64,000 bases of DNA. Source: an uncultured Planctomycetales bacterium (GTDB lineage: Bacteria > Omnitrophota > Gorgyraeia > Gygaellales > Profunditerraquicolaceae). Position 1 is the stretch's first letter. Each line of letters starts with the position of its first letter. Under the pieces are notes generated by a model. It did not search any database and was not told where the DNA came from. It saw only the letters and a program-made list of their open reading frames with translations. Shown here piece after piece: positions 36,897-46,512 of the stretch. The stretch is from the NCBI GenBank assembly GCA_964354795.1, contig CAYHBB010000016.1:4084-68083 (forward strand), written 5' to 3'. A program made the translations under genes and the position numbers.

Positions 36897-36962
36897 AAAA
36901 CCTCCTTAATTCCCATCTTTTAACTTGTCAGGAATTAACCCCACAGGGGTAGCCCTTCCTAT

Positions 36963-37035
36963 ACCTATTAAGGAAGGGGCTAACCCCGCCGAATGCCTGC
37001 AAAGTTTATGAAAGAAACTTTGCGGCGTTTATGAG
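36963..37035. repeat. structured intergenic element (family member 1 of 2)
   Basis: CCCCGCC-GAAT-GCCTGCAAAGTTTATGAAAGAAACTTTGCGGCG-TTTATGA-GGCGGGG, a nested hairpin. Homologous to 57885..57950. Confidence 0.4.
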
Positions 37036-37047
37036 GCGGGGTATTCA

Positions 37048-37476
37048 TTAATCCTTATATTTAATGATCTGGCCTTTAACAGTATAAACTTTGTAGGAAT
37101 ATCCCGGTGAGTAAGTGGGAGTAATCTCCGCCGGCCGCGTCCTCTGATCGATCCCCAGCTTCGCGGCCTCGGATTCGATCGTTGTAGTCAAATCCGAGAT
37201 GATCACCGCGTCTCCTCCCACCTTGCGCGCCCTGGCCCTAAGGATGGCCTTGGGCTCGCCCACAATACTGCCGCTAATTTGAGCGATCACATCATACGGC
37301 TTTGCCGGCATAGTCGAGAAAAATAGCTCTACGTCTGTCTTCTTAGGCTTAGAGGGATATTTGACTGTACCCACGAGAGTAATAGTCAGCTCCTTTTCCT
37401 GAGCCGCGGCCATTGAAACAAACCCTAAGATGAGAAAAACCCCTGCCAAAGCAATCAAGAAATTTAATTTTCTCAT
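37048..37476 (-). CDS. secreted hypothetical protein
   Basis: Signal peptide MRKLNFLIALAGVFLILGFVSMAAA. Confidence 0.4.
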   Translation of the reverse strand: MRKLNFLIALAGVFLILGFVSMAAAQEKELTITLVGTVKYPSKPKKTDVELFFSTMPAKPYDVIAQISGSIVGEPKAILRARARKVGGDAVIISDLTTTIESEAAKLGIDQRTRPAEITPTYSPGYSYKVYTVKGQIIKYKD

Positions 37477-38201
37477 TACTCCTTCTCCTTTTCAGCAAGC
37501 AATCTATTTCGTACATCATCGCGCAGGCGGGCAAAATCCTTAGTTCCGTATGAAACGGTATCCACGGCCGGCAGCACCCGCAAAGTACAATCCGCTCTGC
37601 CCTTAAAAATCCAGCTTCCCCGCTTCATGATCTCCCGCGCCCCTCCGATATAAAGCGGCAATACCGGCACCTGCTCTTTTACCGCCAGCTTAAACGCCCC
37701 GTTTTTAAAAGGCCCCATCTCTTCGCTATTTGCTCGCGTGCCTTCCGGAAAAAACAACACAGATACGCCGTCCCTAAGCCAGAGCGCAGCCTGGTCATAG
37801 ACATCCTTTATGCTGCCGAACTCACCCCTGGCAAGCCTCATGTATTTCATCAGCATCATGGTCCAGCCGAATATTGGGATCCTGTAAAGCGCGTCTTTTG
37901 CCACCCACTTAAACTGCATACGCGTTTTATAGACGATCACGATATCCGCCATACTCTGATGGTTGGCCACCAATACGTAAACCTTATTTCTATCGATATT
38001 CTCAAGGCCCTCGATCTTTAAGCTCCAAAAAGGATTTATCACCGCCAGGCAATCCGACCACCAGAACCCGCATGTATGGGCCAGCTTACGCTTGCGGTCA
38101 AAAGGGTACAATACCGTGGCGCAGAAAAGCGCGCCCAAAAATACCCCCAGTGTAAATATCCCGGCCATGATCCAGAAAAATATAGAGATCAATACTCTCA
38201 T
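37476..38201 (-). CDS. plsC: 1-acyl-sn-glycerol-3-phosphate acyltransferase
   Basis: NHQSMADI (HX4D) and FPEGTR motifs, N-terminal TM. Confidence 0.75.
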   Translation of the reverse strand: MRVLISIFFWIMAGIFTLGVFLGALFCATVLYPFDRKRKLAHTCGFWWSDCLAVINPFWSLKIEGLENIDRNKVYVLVANHQSMADIVIVYKTRMQFKWVAKDALYRIPIFGWTMMLMKYMRLARGEFGSIKDVYDQAALWLRDGVSVLFFPEGTRANSEEMGPFKNGAFKLAVKEQVPVLPLYIGGAREIMKRGSWIFKGRADCTLRVLPAVDTVSYGTKDFARLRDDVRNRLLAEKEKE

Positions 38202-38231
38202 GCCGCCCCTTTAACGCATTACGCTTTCCTC

Positions 38232-38425
38232 GTAACGCCCCGCCATATAGGAATGGCGGGCGTTACACCTTCTGCTACACCCAACCTTATAGGAAAGGTT
38301 GGCTGCACAGAAAGTGCGCGCTCGCCCATCCTTTTGGGCGAGGCGTGTGCCGCTTTCTGCTACACCCAACCTTATAGGAAAAGTTGGTGTGCCGCTTTCT
38401 GCGGCAAAAAAACGGTCCCGGCACT
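38232..38425. repeat. cluster of REP-like GC-rich hairpins incl. tandem direct repeat
   Basis: AACGCCCCGCCAT-ATAGGA-ATGGCGGGCGTT. CCAACCTT-ATAGGAAA-GGTTGG occurs twice (38281.., 38367..) within a 2x tandem repeat of GCCGCTTTCTGCTACACCC.... Confidence 0.5.
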
Positions 38426-38464
38426 TTCTTTAAAAAAGCGCCGAGACCATTGTTTGTTTTTAGG

Positions 38465-38665
38465 TTATAGCTTCACTACGTTAGTAGCCTGCTCGCCCTT
38501 GGGCCCTTTTTCGATATCAAACTCCACTTCCTGCCCCTCATCCAGAGTCTTGTAACCCTCGCCCTGAATCGCGGTGTGATGAACGAATACGTCGCTGCCT
38601 GATTCCGGAGTGATGAAACCGTACCCCTTCTGATTGCTGAACCACTTCACTTTACCTTTTGCCAT
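38465..38665 (-). CDS. cspA: cold-shock protein (CspA family)
   Basis: [33 protein letters not shown]; RNP1/RNP2 motifs. AAGGAGGT SD 9 nt upstream of this ATG. Confidence 0.85.
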   Translation of the reverse strand: MAKGKVKWFSNQKGYGFITPESGSDVFVHHTAIQGEGYKTLDEGQEVEFDIEKGPKGEQATNVVKL

Positions 38666-38713
38666 TTCTTTACTACCTCCTTCCACTTGAAATTAGCGGA
38701 TTTCAGGACTACA

Positions 38714-38732
38714 CCTGGCCTTATAGGCCAGG
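38714..38732. repeat. REP-like hairpin CCTGGCC-TTATA-GGCCAGG
   Basis: Seen directly; same loop family as the other REP-like elements. Confidence 0.3.
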
Positions 38733-38878
38733 CCAGTGTGGTGTCTCTACACCAAAAACAATTGCGCCGAAAGGTTAGTTATCCACACCTTCCGGCTGCT
38801 GACTTCTAATCCCTTATCCACTGCGCTGTTACTGTAACACATTCCGCTTTTCCTGTCAATTTCAAATACCGATAATTC

Positions 38879-40918
38879 TTAAGGTAATTTCCAAATCAAC
38901 TGCTTGTATTCATCAAGCATCCGGTAGGTGTTGAAATGCGCGCTTGCCACGATGCAGCTGATCATGTAATCTATCCATGGTGAAGTAAGATCGACTTCAT
39001 TCTTACTACCATGCACAGTTTTATAATAAAGACCGACCAGCTCCTCAAGGGCCTGATACAACGCAACGGAATCCTCCTGCATGTGCAAATCCATTTCGTT
39101 TCCGATCTTACCCTCGCCGTTTTTATAACCGAAGATCATGCCTATGCCCTTATCCGCCGCCTCCACCACCCAACCGTCGAGAGTGGACAGCTGCACCACG
39201 CCGTTTAAAAGCGCCTTCATCCCACTGGTGCCGGAAGCCTCAAAAGGCGGCAAAGGATTGTTCAGCCAGACATCCACACCGCTGGTCAGAGCCTTTCCAA
39301 AATACATATCGTAATTCTCCAGGATCACAATCTTTAAATAATCATAGGCATTAGACAGCCCGTCCACCTTATCCATCATCTCATTGACAAAGGTTGACCC
39401 CAGGTTGTCGTTAGGATGAGCCTTGCCGGCGAGGATCAGCTGTATAGGACCGGTAATTTTAGCGATCCCTATCAGCCTTTGCACATCATAGAGCACAAGG
39501 CTCGGCCGCTTGTAGGCAGCGATCCTGCGCGCCCAGCAAACGGTAAAGGCGTCTTTTTTAAGGGACCATTTCTCAAGCAGGCCGCAAAGCCCGGACTTGC
39601 TTTCCTGATGCGCCTGCCAAACAGCCTTGCGAAAACCCTCATCGCTCCTTAACTCCTCAGCTTTGGCCAGGATCATGGGATTATCTTCGAAATTTTTGAA
39701 AACCGCAGGAAAGCTCTTATACACCTGCATGAAAGGCTCAGAGATCCAGGTATAAGGATGCACTCCGTTAGTCACATATTGAATCTGCTCTTTATATTTA
39801 GGAAATTGCAGGTGCATCACCATCTGATGGTTCTTGGAGACCGCATTTATGGCGCTGCTTGAGTTCATGGCTAAAAGCGTAAGGTTCACTACGCCTGCCC
39901 GGTCTTTACCCAAACGCTGAGCCAACAAAAAATCGCTCTCGGGGAGGATATTGCGCAATTCCTCCGATGGAAAACGGTCGTGCCCTGCCTCTACCGGCGT
40001 ATGGCAAGTATAGACAAAATGCTTTTTCAGATTTTCGACCTCCGCCTCAGACATACCGCGGGATTTCTCAATAAAAGCGAACGCCGCATGCCCTTCGTTC
40101 AAATGGAACGTGTCAATATCATGCCCTAGCTCTTTAATAGCCGCGATACCGCCATAGCCCAAGATTATTCTCTGCATAGCTTTAAGCCAATTGTTATCGC
40201 TACGATAAAGCTGATCGGTAAGTCTGCGAACATCCTCTCTGTTTGGCTCCACATCGGCATCCAAAAGGATCAATGGTATAACGTAATCGTGCTTATAGCT
40301 ATAGACGTAATATTTCCATAATCTTAAAAATATTGTCTCCTGCTTAAGAGAAATCTTTATGATGTTCTTAAGCGGGATCAGCCCGGGGTAGCTTTTGGGG
40401 TCCCACTTCATCTTCTCCGGCACCTGGCCATGCTTGAACCAGAACCGCTGGCGAAAATACCCCGAACGCCAGAGTATCCCCACTGCCAATGCCGGCAGCT
40501 TGTAATCAGCCATGGTCTTAACCGTATCTCCGGCTAAAACCCCCAAACCTCCGCTATATATAGGTAAATCAATAAGGCTATCCACCTTGACGTCAAAGAA
40601 ATAATCCGCCAGGCGGTAGTTGGAAAACACAGTGTTTTCGGGGATCTTATTGTCGGGGTTCAGCGGACGCACAGAAGTAAAAGTGTTGTAAAAGCTCGGG
40701 GCCAACCCGTACTCCATGGAAAAATAACCTAGGCGCCGGGCTGCCTGGTCTTTAAGCTTATTCTCCGCGCGGATGATGGAAGCGATGGGCATGCCGAAAT
40801 AATTATCGGCGGTGATATCCTGGGCGTAATTCTCCCCAAACCCCTCCACCTGATTCAAAGCGAGGAATTCAGCCAGGTAATCAATATTCTGCGTCTGTTT
40901 ATCCACTGTTGATTCCAT
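38879..40918 (-). CDS. glgP: alpha-glucan phosphorylase (GT35, short glgP-type)
   Basis: GGLGVLAGD motif and PLP-lysine region EASGTSGMK. Confidence 0.85.
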   Translation of the reverse strand: MESTVDKQTQNIDYLAEFLALNQVEGFGENYAQDITADNYFGMPIASIIRAENKLKDQAARRLGYFSMEYGLAPSFYNTFTSVRPLNPDNKIPENTVFSNYRLADYFFDVKVDSLIDLPIYSGGLGVLAGDTVKTMADYKLPALAVGILWRSGYFRQRFWFKHGQVPEKMKWDPKSYPGLIPLKNIIKISLKQETIFLRLWKYYVYSYKHDYVIPLILLDADVEPNREDVRRLTDQLYRSDNNWLKAMQRIILGYGGIAAIKELGHDIDTFHLNEGHAAFAFIEKSRGMSEAEVENLKKHFVYTCHTPVEAGHDRFPSEELRNILPESDFLLAQRLGKDRAGVVNLTLLAMNSSSAINAVSKNHQMVMHLQFPKYKEQIQYVTNGVHPYTWISEPFMQVYKSFPAVFKNFEDNPMILAKAEELRSDEGFRKAVWQAHQESKSGLCGLLEKWSLKKDAFTVCWARRIAAYKRPSLVLYDVQRLIGIAKITGPIQLILAGKAHPNDNLGSTFVNEMMDKVDGLSNAYDYLKIVILENYDMYFGKALTSGVDVWLNNPLPPFEASGTSGMKALLNGVVQLSTLDGWVVEAADKGIGMIFGYKNGEGKIGNEMDLHMQEDSVALYQALEELVGLYYKTVHGSKNEVDLTSPWIDYMISCIVASAHFNTYRMLDEYKQLIWKLP

Positions 40919-40961
40919 AATTGTTATATTCTACAACGATAAAGCGGATTTAGCAACCGAT

Positions 40962-41126
40962 CTATCTATCTTTTTTATCGGTCCTACGCAAAGCCTTGAC
41001 CATACGCTCATAGGCCTCATGCTCGGTCTTGCCCTCAGTCAAATGGTCGCAGCAAACCGCGGCGTACCCTACGCGGTTTTTGATCTTGAATATATCTACT
41101 TTCAGGTGGCCAATCTTAGTCTCCAT
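40962..41126 (-). CDS. 54-aa hypothetical small protein (not in ORF track)
   Basis: METKIGHLKVDIFKIKNRVGYAAVCCDHLTEGKTEHEAYERMVKALRRTDKKDR. AAGGAG SD 8 nt upstream. Confidence 0.3.
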   Translation of the reverse strand: METKIGHLKVDIFKIKNRVGYAAVCCDHLTEGKTEHEAYERMVKALRRTDKKDR

Positions 41127-41154
41127 AAAGCACTCCTTGATTCTCCGGCCTGCG

Positions 41155-41937
41155 TTATTTTACCGCCAGTATCTTGAATACCTCCGGAGGATTGATCCTC
41201 ACATCCCCGGTAAAAGGATAATCCAGCGAGAAGATGGTAAACATGCTCAAAGAGATAATTATCGCAAGCAGCACCGACATAGCCGCCTGGGTCCTTAAGC
41301 TTTCCGCTCCGAAAAAGAAAGTGAAGGCTATGGTGACTATCCCGCCGACGGTCAGCACCATCAACAGGATGGGATGTATACCGTTATGCGCATCGACGAT
41401 ACGCATCACCCTCAGCTCTCCGAATTCATTAAGTTTACGCACTGACTCCTCGAAAAAAGCCTGTTCCGTAGCATTACGCGGCAGGTATCCTGAGTAAAGA
41501 GTCCACATCTTATTCACTATCTCTCCCACCTTCGGGCTCATTTCTCCTTTAGCAAGTATGTCCCACTCTTCACTGACCACTACCTTGCTATATTCCCTGA
41601 ATAACCCCTGCGCCTTGCCTTTAAACTCCGGGGTAAAAGCCTCGGAGTCTCTCCACAGATCCACCAGGCAATTAGCTTCCTTTTGCGCATTCATATCAGA
41701 CTTATCAAACCTCTCCCAAACTACAATCACCACAAACGCCAGAAGCACGGCGTACACCACGCCCAGGGTGCTGAAAATCGGTCCGGAGACGTCATTATGC
41801 GCCTTTAATTTGTGATGCGGCACGAAGCGGCGCACCACCAAGAGGCCAAGAATCGTCAAAATAACCGAACCGCACACCATCATCAAGCACAAAACAACCG
41901 ACGGAACGCTCAATAATATCTGCTGAGTAAAAGACAT
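41155..41937 (-). CDS. integral membrane protein, hypothetical
   Basis: Start at MSFTQQILLSV with AAGGAGGAT SD. The track's longer N-terminus (..ATPNFIGKVG..) is encoded by a REP-like repeat. Confidence 0.45.
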   Translation of the reverse strand: MSFTQQILLSVPSVVLCLMMVCGSVILTILGLLVVRRFVPHHKLKAHNDVSGPIFSTLGVVYAVLLAFVVIVVWERFDKSDMNAQKEANCLVDLWRDSEAFTPEFKGKAQGLFREYSKVVVSEEWDILAKGEMSPKVGEIVNKMWTLYSGYLPRNATEQAFFEESVRKLNEFGELRVMRIVDAHNGIHPILLMVLTVGGIVTIAFTFFFGAESLRTQAAMSVLLAIIISLSMFTIFSLDYPFTGDVRINPPEVFKILAVK

Positions 41938-41959
41938 ATATCCTCCTTGCGCAGTAAGC

Positions 41960-42040
41960 GCAACACCAACTTTTCCTATAAAGTTGGGTGTAGCGGAAAG
42001 CGACACACTGGCCTATCCTTTAAGGCCGGGTGTATAACCT
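41960..42040. repeat. REP-like hairpins (inverted orientation copy)
   Basis: CCAACTTTTCCTATAAAGTTGG (rc of the CCAAC..TTATAGGAAA..GTTGG unit) plus CTGGCC-TATCCTTTAA-GGCCGG. Confidence 0.45.
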
Positions 42041-43632
42041 TATACCGCTTTTATGATCATTATGGTTATATCGTCAAACTGGGGCTGCTTACCGACAAAC
42101 TTCTTAAGATCATCCTCAATTCTATGCATCAGCTGATCAGCCGATAAATGGCGGTTATCCTTGACTATTTCCCCAAGTCTATCGACATTAAATTGTTCTC
42201 TTTTATCGTTAATCGCCTCAGTCACTCCGTCAGTGTAAAGTATCACCAGATCTCCCGGCTTAAGAGTGAGCTCTTCCGTTGTCGCCTCAATATCCTGGGT
42301 TATGCCCAAAGGCATAGTCTGGGCCTTTAGCAGCACTATATCATTGCTGGCTGCAGAGACCAGAAGCGGCGGATTATGCCCGGCGTTGGCATATTTAAAA
42401 GTTTTAGTCTCAGCGTCAAGTACAGCATAAAAAAGCGTGACGAACATGTTCGCCTTTGAGTCCTGGCAGATAAGGTTATTGGCGTGATTAATAGCCTTAT
42501 CCGGAGAGGTGGTCACGGTTGCGCTTGCGCGCATCAAAGCCCGGGAAAGCGCCATAAAGAGTGCTGAAGGAATGCCTTTGCCCGAGACATCGGCTATGGC
42601 CAGGCCCCAGGTATTTTTATCTATAGGTATGAAATCGTAGAAATCCCCGCCCACCATGCGCGCCGGCAGGGTCATCGCCGCGATATCGATACCGGCCATC
42701 TTAGGATATGAGTCAGGAAGGAAACTCCGCTGGATCTCCTGGGCGATCTCGATCTCGCGCACCAGACGCTCTTTTTCCGCGGTTGTACGCTTAAGCTCCT
42801 CGATATGCAGCTTTAAATCCTCGGACATCGAATTAAAAACGCAAGCAAGCTGGGCCAACTCATCTGCCCCTTTTACAACCACCTTGCAGTCAAGGTCTCC
42901 CTTTCCGAAATGCTGGACCCCCTTCATTAATTCCCTCACCTGCCGGGTTACCCCTCCGGAGATAAAGAACCCGAGCAGTATAGCCGCCAGTATCTTGATC
43001 AGAAAAAAAAGCCGCATCCTTTGGCGCACTACCGTCTGCACACCGCGCACATCCTCGGCCGTCATATCCACTCCCAGCACGGCGACAACAGCGCCGTCGC
43101 GGCTGCGGACAGGAGCGTAGCCGGAAAGAAACACGCCCCACTGATCCGCCCCCATTTCCTTATCCGCGGAAGCTTTCTCAAAGCCCTCTAGCATTTCCGG
43201 GAAACGCGTTGCGTCATACTCATCCCCGGGATACGCAATCGCGGTTTCGCTCTGTTTTTCTTCAGTGCTGTCATTTACCACAAACTGCAGGATCCCAGGC
43301 TTAGCGGTTTTTGCAAGAATGTAAATGTATCTTATACCAGGGACCTTGTGTTTTATTTCCAAAAGCTTTCCGACGACATCCTTATATACCGGGGCTTGTG
43401 CCCCTTCTTTATTAAGAGGTATGCTTTGCAGGCTTGAGCCGTCGATAGAAACAGCCGCGGTCTGGGCGATGCTCTCAAGCTTTGAGCGCAGCTGCTCGAA
43501 CTGCGAGCGAAGCGCGTAATTAGTCACCAGGATGTTCGTTGCGGTGCCGGCTGCCACCATTGTCAGCACGAAAAAAAACATTATCTTAAACCGCAAGCTC
43601 CTGAATAAAAAGAACGGCTTCTTCACTTTCAC
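42040..43632 (-). CDS. membrane sensor with HAMP and PP2C (SpoIIE/RsbU-type) serine phosphatase domains
   Basis: N-terminal TM, periplasmic segment, second TM + HAMP; PP2C motifs (GGDFYDF, DVSGKGIPSALFMA, DGVTE). Confidence 0.75.
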   Translation of the reverse strand: MKVKKPFFLFRSLRFKIMFFFVLTMVAAGTATNILVTNYALRSQFEQLRSKLESIAQTAAVSIDGSSLQSIPLNKEGAQAPVYKDVVGKLLEIKHKVPGIRYIYILAKTAKPGILQFVVNDSTEEKQSETAIAYPGDEYDATRFPEMLEGFEKASADKEMGADQWGVFLSGYAPVRSRDGAVVAVLGVDMTAEDVRGVQTVVRQRMRLFFLIKILAAILLGFFISGGVTRQVRELMKGVQHFGKGDLDCKVVVKGADELAQLACVFNSMSEDLKLHIEELKRTTAEKERLVREIEIAQEIQRSFLPDSYPKMAGIDIAAMTLPARMVGGDFYDFIPIDKNTWGLAIADVSGKGIPSALFMALSRALMRASATVTTSPDKAINHANNLICQDSKANMFVTLFYAVLDAETKTFKYANAGHNPPLLVSAASNDIVLLKAQTMPLGITQDIEATTEELTLKPGDLVILYTDGVTEAINDKREQFNVDRLGEIVKDNRHLSADQLMHRIEDDLKKFVGKQPQFDDITIMIIKAV

Positions 43633-44180
43633 CGGCCGGCCCCCTTATCCGTTTCCGAAACAAAAAGTACGACGATCGTAAAACGCCCCTCCAAAGCCTG
43701 ATTTCCCGGGCGCAGGCTCAATTGGAACTTTTTTATCTTCAAAAGAGTTAGGCTGTTTTCCAGCTTGTAGATAAAAGCGAAAAACCCTTTTACTTCTCCC
43801 TCAGCCCTTAATTCGATAAGCGCTTCTTTGTGCTGACCGCTCGACTTCACCTGCGGGTCCGGACGTATATCGATTATGCGGATATTGGATTGTTGCGCCA
43901 GGAGCTCTATCGCGGAAAGCCCGGATAATAACGGATCATCCTGATCGGAAGTATTACCGGAAGAGCCACCTGCCGCGTATTTAGCCATTAGAAAATCTTT
44001 CTGAGAAAGAAGCCAGGAGTATTTTACCAGCTTCATTCGGGTAAGAGCGATTTCCTTGTTAAGCCGGCTGATCCTGGCGAACAATGGCACGAGCAGAAAA
44101 TTAAAGGTCAGGGCGAAAACGATCAGTCCTGCGGTAAGATAAAAAATAGTTTTTTCCCTGCCCGTAAAGATTTTAAGCAT
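43629..44180 (-). CDS. PilO/GspM-like pilus/secretion assembly protein
   Basis: Single N-terminal TM + periplasmic domain. Position in the operon after the PilM/N-like gene. Confidence 0.4.
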   Translation of the reverse strand: MLKIFTGREKTIFYLTAGLIVFALTFNFLLVPLFARISRLNKEIALTRMKLVKYSWLLSQKDFLMAKYAAGGSSGNTSDQDDPLLSGLSAIELLAQQSNIRIIDIRPDPQVKSSGQHKEALIELRAEGEVKGFFAFIYKLENSLTLLKIKKFQLSLRPGNQALEGRFTIVVLFVSETDKGAGR

Positions 44181-45563
44181 TTATTTCCTCGAAGCCATTA
44201 TTTCAAAACTTATGGACTCGCCAGCGCTGGTATTTTTCTTGGTGGCATAGCGCACCTTGAAGCTGAATTTTCTGAATACGCTTGAGCCTTCCAACTGCGA
44301 GACCAGCGAAAGCACGGAATTAAGCTGCTGGGCCTGGCCTCGTAAAGTCAACTCTCTTCCCGCTTCATAAATAAAATCAGTCAAAAGTACCTGTGGCGGG
44401 ATGATACGGTAGACTTCGGAGAACCCCTCGGGATTTCCCGGCTTTTCCGCAGAAGTTCCCGCGGCGATAGAAAGCCTCTTCTCAATATCTTTAAGCGGTT
44501 TTACCTCAACAGAAATACTGTCCAACCGGGCTTTAAGCTTAAACAGATAGCGCTCCTTATTATCTAGGCTCTTGAGTACTCCCAGGCCAAAAATAATCAC
44601 GGCGGCAGATACCATAATCGCGAATCTGGAGTATTCCAGGCGCTTCAATCCCCTCTTGCTTTGCTCTTTCAGCCCCTTCGGCATCAGGTTCAGGGAATAC
44701 GCCACATCCTCTAACCCTAAGCCGATCAATGCCGCAAATGACACATCGGCATCCGATTTCTTGCAAGCAATGACCTGTGCCTTAAATCCCGCATATCCAT
44801 CCAGCGCTTGAGCGAAATCCCGGGCTGATATCTCCTGGCCGGTGACGAATATATTTTCCGGAGCCTTAAATCCGGTTTCCTTAGCGTAAGCATCCCGGCT
44901 CTTTGCCACCTCATCAATGAATACACTATGCGAATCCACGCCGGCATTTACCTTAAAATACCGGCTAAAAAGTAATTTGCCCTGCGCCACGATCACCAGT
45001 TCCATGTGCGAAGCGTCAATATCCACGATTATTGAAGGAGTTTTTAACTGCGGCTGCGACCAACTAAGAAATTTCGCCAAGCCGTAAGAAGTCAATGCGA
45101 CGCAAGCCTGCGGGATAAACGCGTCCTTTGAGATATTGATATAGCGACTGATCACATCCCTGTGCGCGATCACCAGCGTTATAGCGGAGTATCCGTCTTT
45201 ATCAGTAGAAACCACCTCGTAGCCGGTGACTAGCTCTTCCTGCGGATAAGGAAGATAGCGCGAGGCCTGTAAAGATACGATGCTCTCTAATTCCTGAGCG
45301 GAGTGTGCGGGAACGGAAAGGTACCTGCAAGTGACTTTGCTGCGGGGTATAGCCACAACCACCGGATGGTTGTGGTATCCCAGCGAGACAAGTTGCTGCC
45401 GGAGCCTTGCGGCTATCTCCTTGTCATCGGCCTGCGGCGAGAGTTCCTGCGCCAGAAAGTCAGTGCTTTCGCGCTTCGATTTGCCGACAGACTGAAACTT
45501 GACCACCTTAAGATACGTTTCGGTGATCTGACAGATAAAGACTGTATTCATACGATTCATCAT
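44181..45563 (-). CDS. PilM-like actin-fold protein fused to PilN-like TM/periplasmic region
   Basis: N-terminal about 330 aa actin-like ATPase fold pattern. Hydrophobic helix (AIMVSAAVIIFGLGVL) then a coiled periplasmic tail. Start chosen at MMNRMN; track uses GTG further upstream. Confidence 0.5.
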   Translation of the reverse strand: MMNRMNTVFICQITETYLKVVKFQSVGKSKRESTDFLAQELSPQADDKEIAARLRQQLVSLGYHNHPVVVAIPRSKVTCRYLSVPAHSAQELESIVSLQASRYLPYPQEELVTGYEVVSTDKDGYSAITLVIAHRDVISRYINISKDAFIPQACVALTSYGLAKFLSWSQPQLKTPSIIVDIDASHMELVIVAQGKLLFSRYFKVNAGVDSHSVFIDEVAKSRDAYAKETGFKAPENIFVTGQEISARDFAQALDGYAGFKAQVIACKKSDADVSFAALIGLGLEDVAYSLNLMPKGLKEQSKRGLKRLEYSRFAIMVSAAVIIFGLGVLKSLDNKERYLFKLKARLDSISVEVKPLKDIEKRLSIAAGTSAEKPGNPEGFSEVYRIIPPQVLLTDFIYEAGRELTLRGQAQQLNSVLSLVSQLEGSSVFRKFSFKVRYATKKNTSAGESISFEIMASRK

Positions 45564-45588
45564 ACTATAGCCACCATGATTTTCAAGC

Positions 45589-46512
45589 CTAGTTTTCATG
45601 CCAAAAAACCACCTTGGACTTAGAGCGGTCATACACTGCTTCAACACTCCTTACCACCCTGTTGACGCGGTCCAAAGCTTTTATACGGATAAAATCCGAC
45701 TTCACCCCGATTATATTATTCACAACAGCCTGCTGCAGGATCTCCAGCTCCTTATCGTTTAAATCAAGCTCGCCTGAGATCAGCGCGGTATCGCGAAACA
45801 CCCGATCATCCGCGGAGCCGGTGACATTATCGGGGCCGCTACGCCAACTGACTATTTTTTGCACGAGGCTCTCGGCATCAGCCGCAGTCACACCGCTGAC
45901 CCCGTTATTGCTAAGGAAAACGGCCTGCGAATGCATGATCATGGTCAGCACCTCCTGCGAAACGGTATTAATATTTGTCTTCTTGGCGAAAACGGTGACA
46001 TAATCCCTTACTTTCCTATAGTCTTCTGCCGTCAAATCCTTTATCATTACCAACTCTTCGGCAGCAGCGAAGTCCGCGCCCTTTGGGCTATAGCCCAGGC
46101 TCTCATAAACCTTCGCGCTATCCTGGGCATCGCCGCGCCAAATAAGCAGGTTATTCACGAGGTCAGTAGTTACAGGCACCCCGGACTCCTCGAAAAGCGC
46201 GGTAAGTAGCACGGAAGGAGCCTCGTTTAAATTCAAGAGCCGGTCTTCGTCGGAAATCTTATAAAGCGCGGGCTCCCCGGGGTTCATCCACTCCTCTAGC
46301 CTAGAATCATACCCGACGCTGGTATCCGCCAATATCCTGGAGATCGCCAGGTTCACCTGCGCCTTAGCCTGATAAAGCGCCTGCAGGCTGTCGCGCTCAT
46401 AACGGCTCATCCTTAAAGACATGGCCACGCGGTGCCCGATGCCCACGGCCATAACCGCCAAGATCGCCAGGACCCAAAGGCTGATGATCAGCGCCTGCGC
46501 TTTTTTATTCAT
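45589..46512 (-). CDS. GspK-like minor pseudopilin
   Basis: Start at MNKKAQALIISLWVLAILAVMAV; about 310 aa, no Glu+5. Confidence 0.5.
   Translation of the reverse strand: MNKKAQALIISLWVLAILAVMAVGIGHRVAMSLRMSRYERDSLQALYQAKAQVNLAISRILADTSVGYDSRLEEWMNPGEPALYKISDEDRLLNLNEAPSVLLTALFEESGVPVTTDLVNNLLIWRGDAQDSAKVYESLGYSPKGADFAAAEELVMIKDLTAEDYRKVRDYVTVFAKKTNINTVSQEVLTMIMHSQAVFLSNNGVSGVTAADAESLVQKIVSWRSGPDNVTGSADDRVFRDTALISGELDLNDKELEILQQAVVNNIIGVKSDFIRIKALDRVNRVVRSVEAVYDRSKSKVVFWHEN

Noticed and set aside
38270-38390. Direct repeat GCTTTCTGCTACACCCAACCTTATAGGAAA(G/A)GTTGG x2 as a possible CRISPR array
   Set aside because: Only two copies, the 'spacer' is itself part of the repeat unit, no cas genes. 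It is a tandem duplication of a REP-like element.
38076-38555. 159-aa plus-strand ORF spanning the plsC start, REP cluster and cspA
   Set aside because: Reads through repeat elements and antisense of cspA; no start context.
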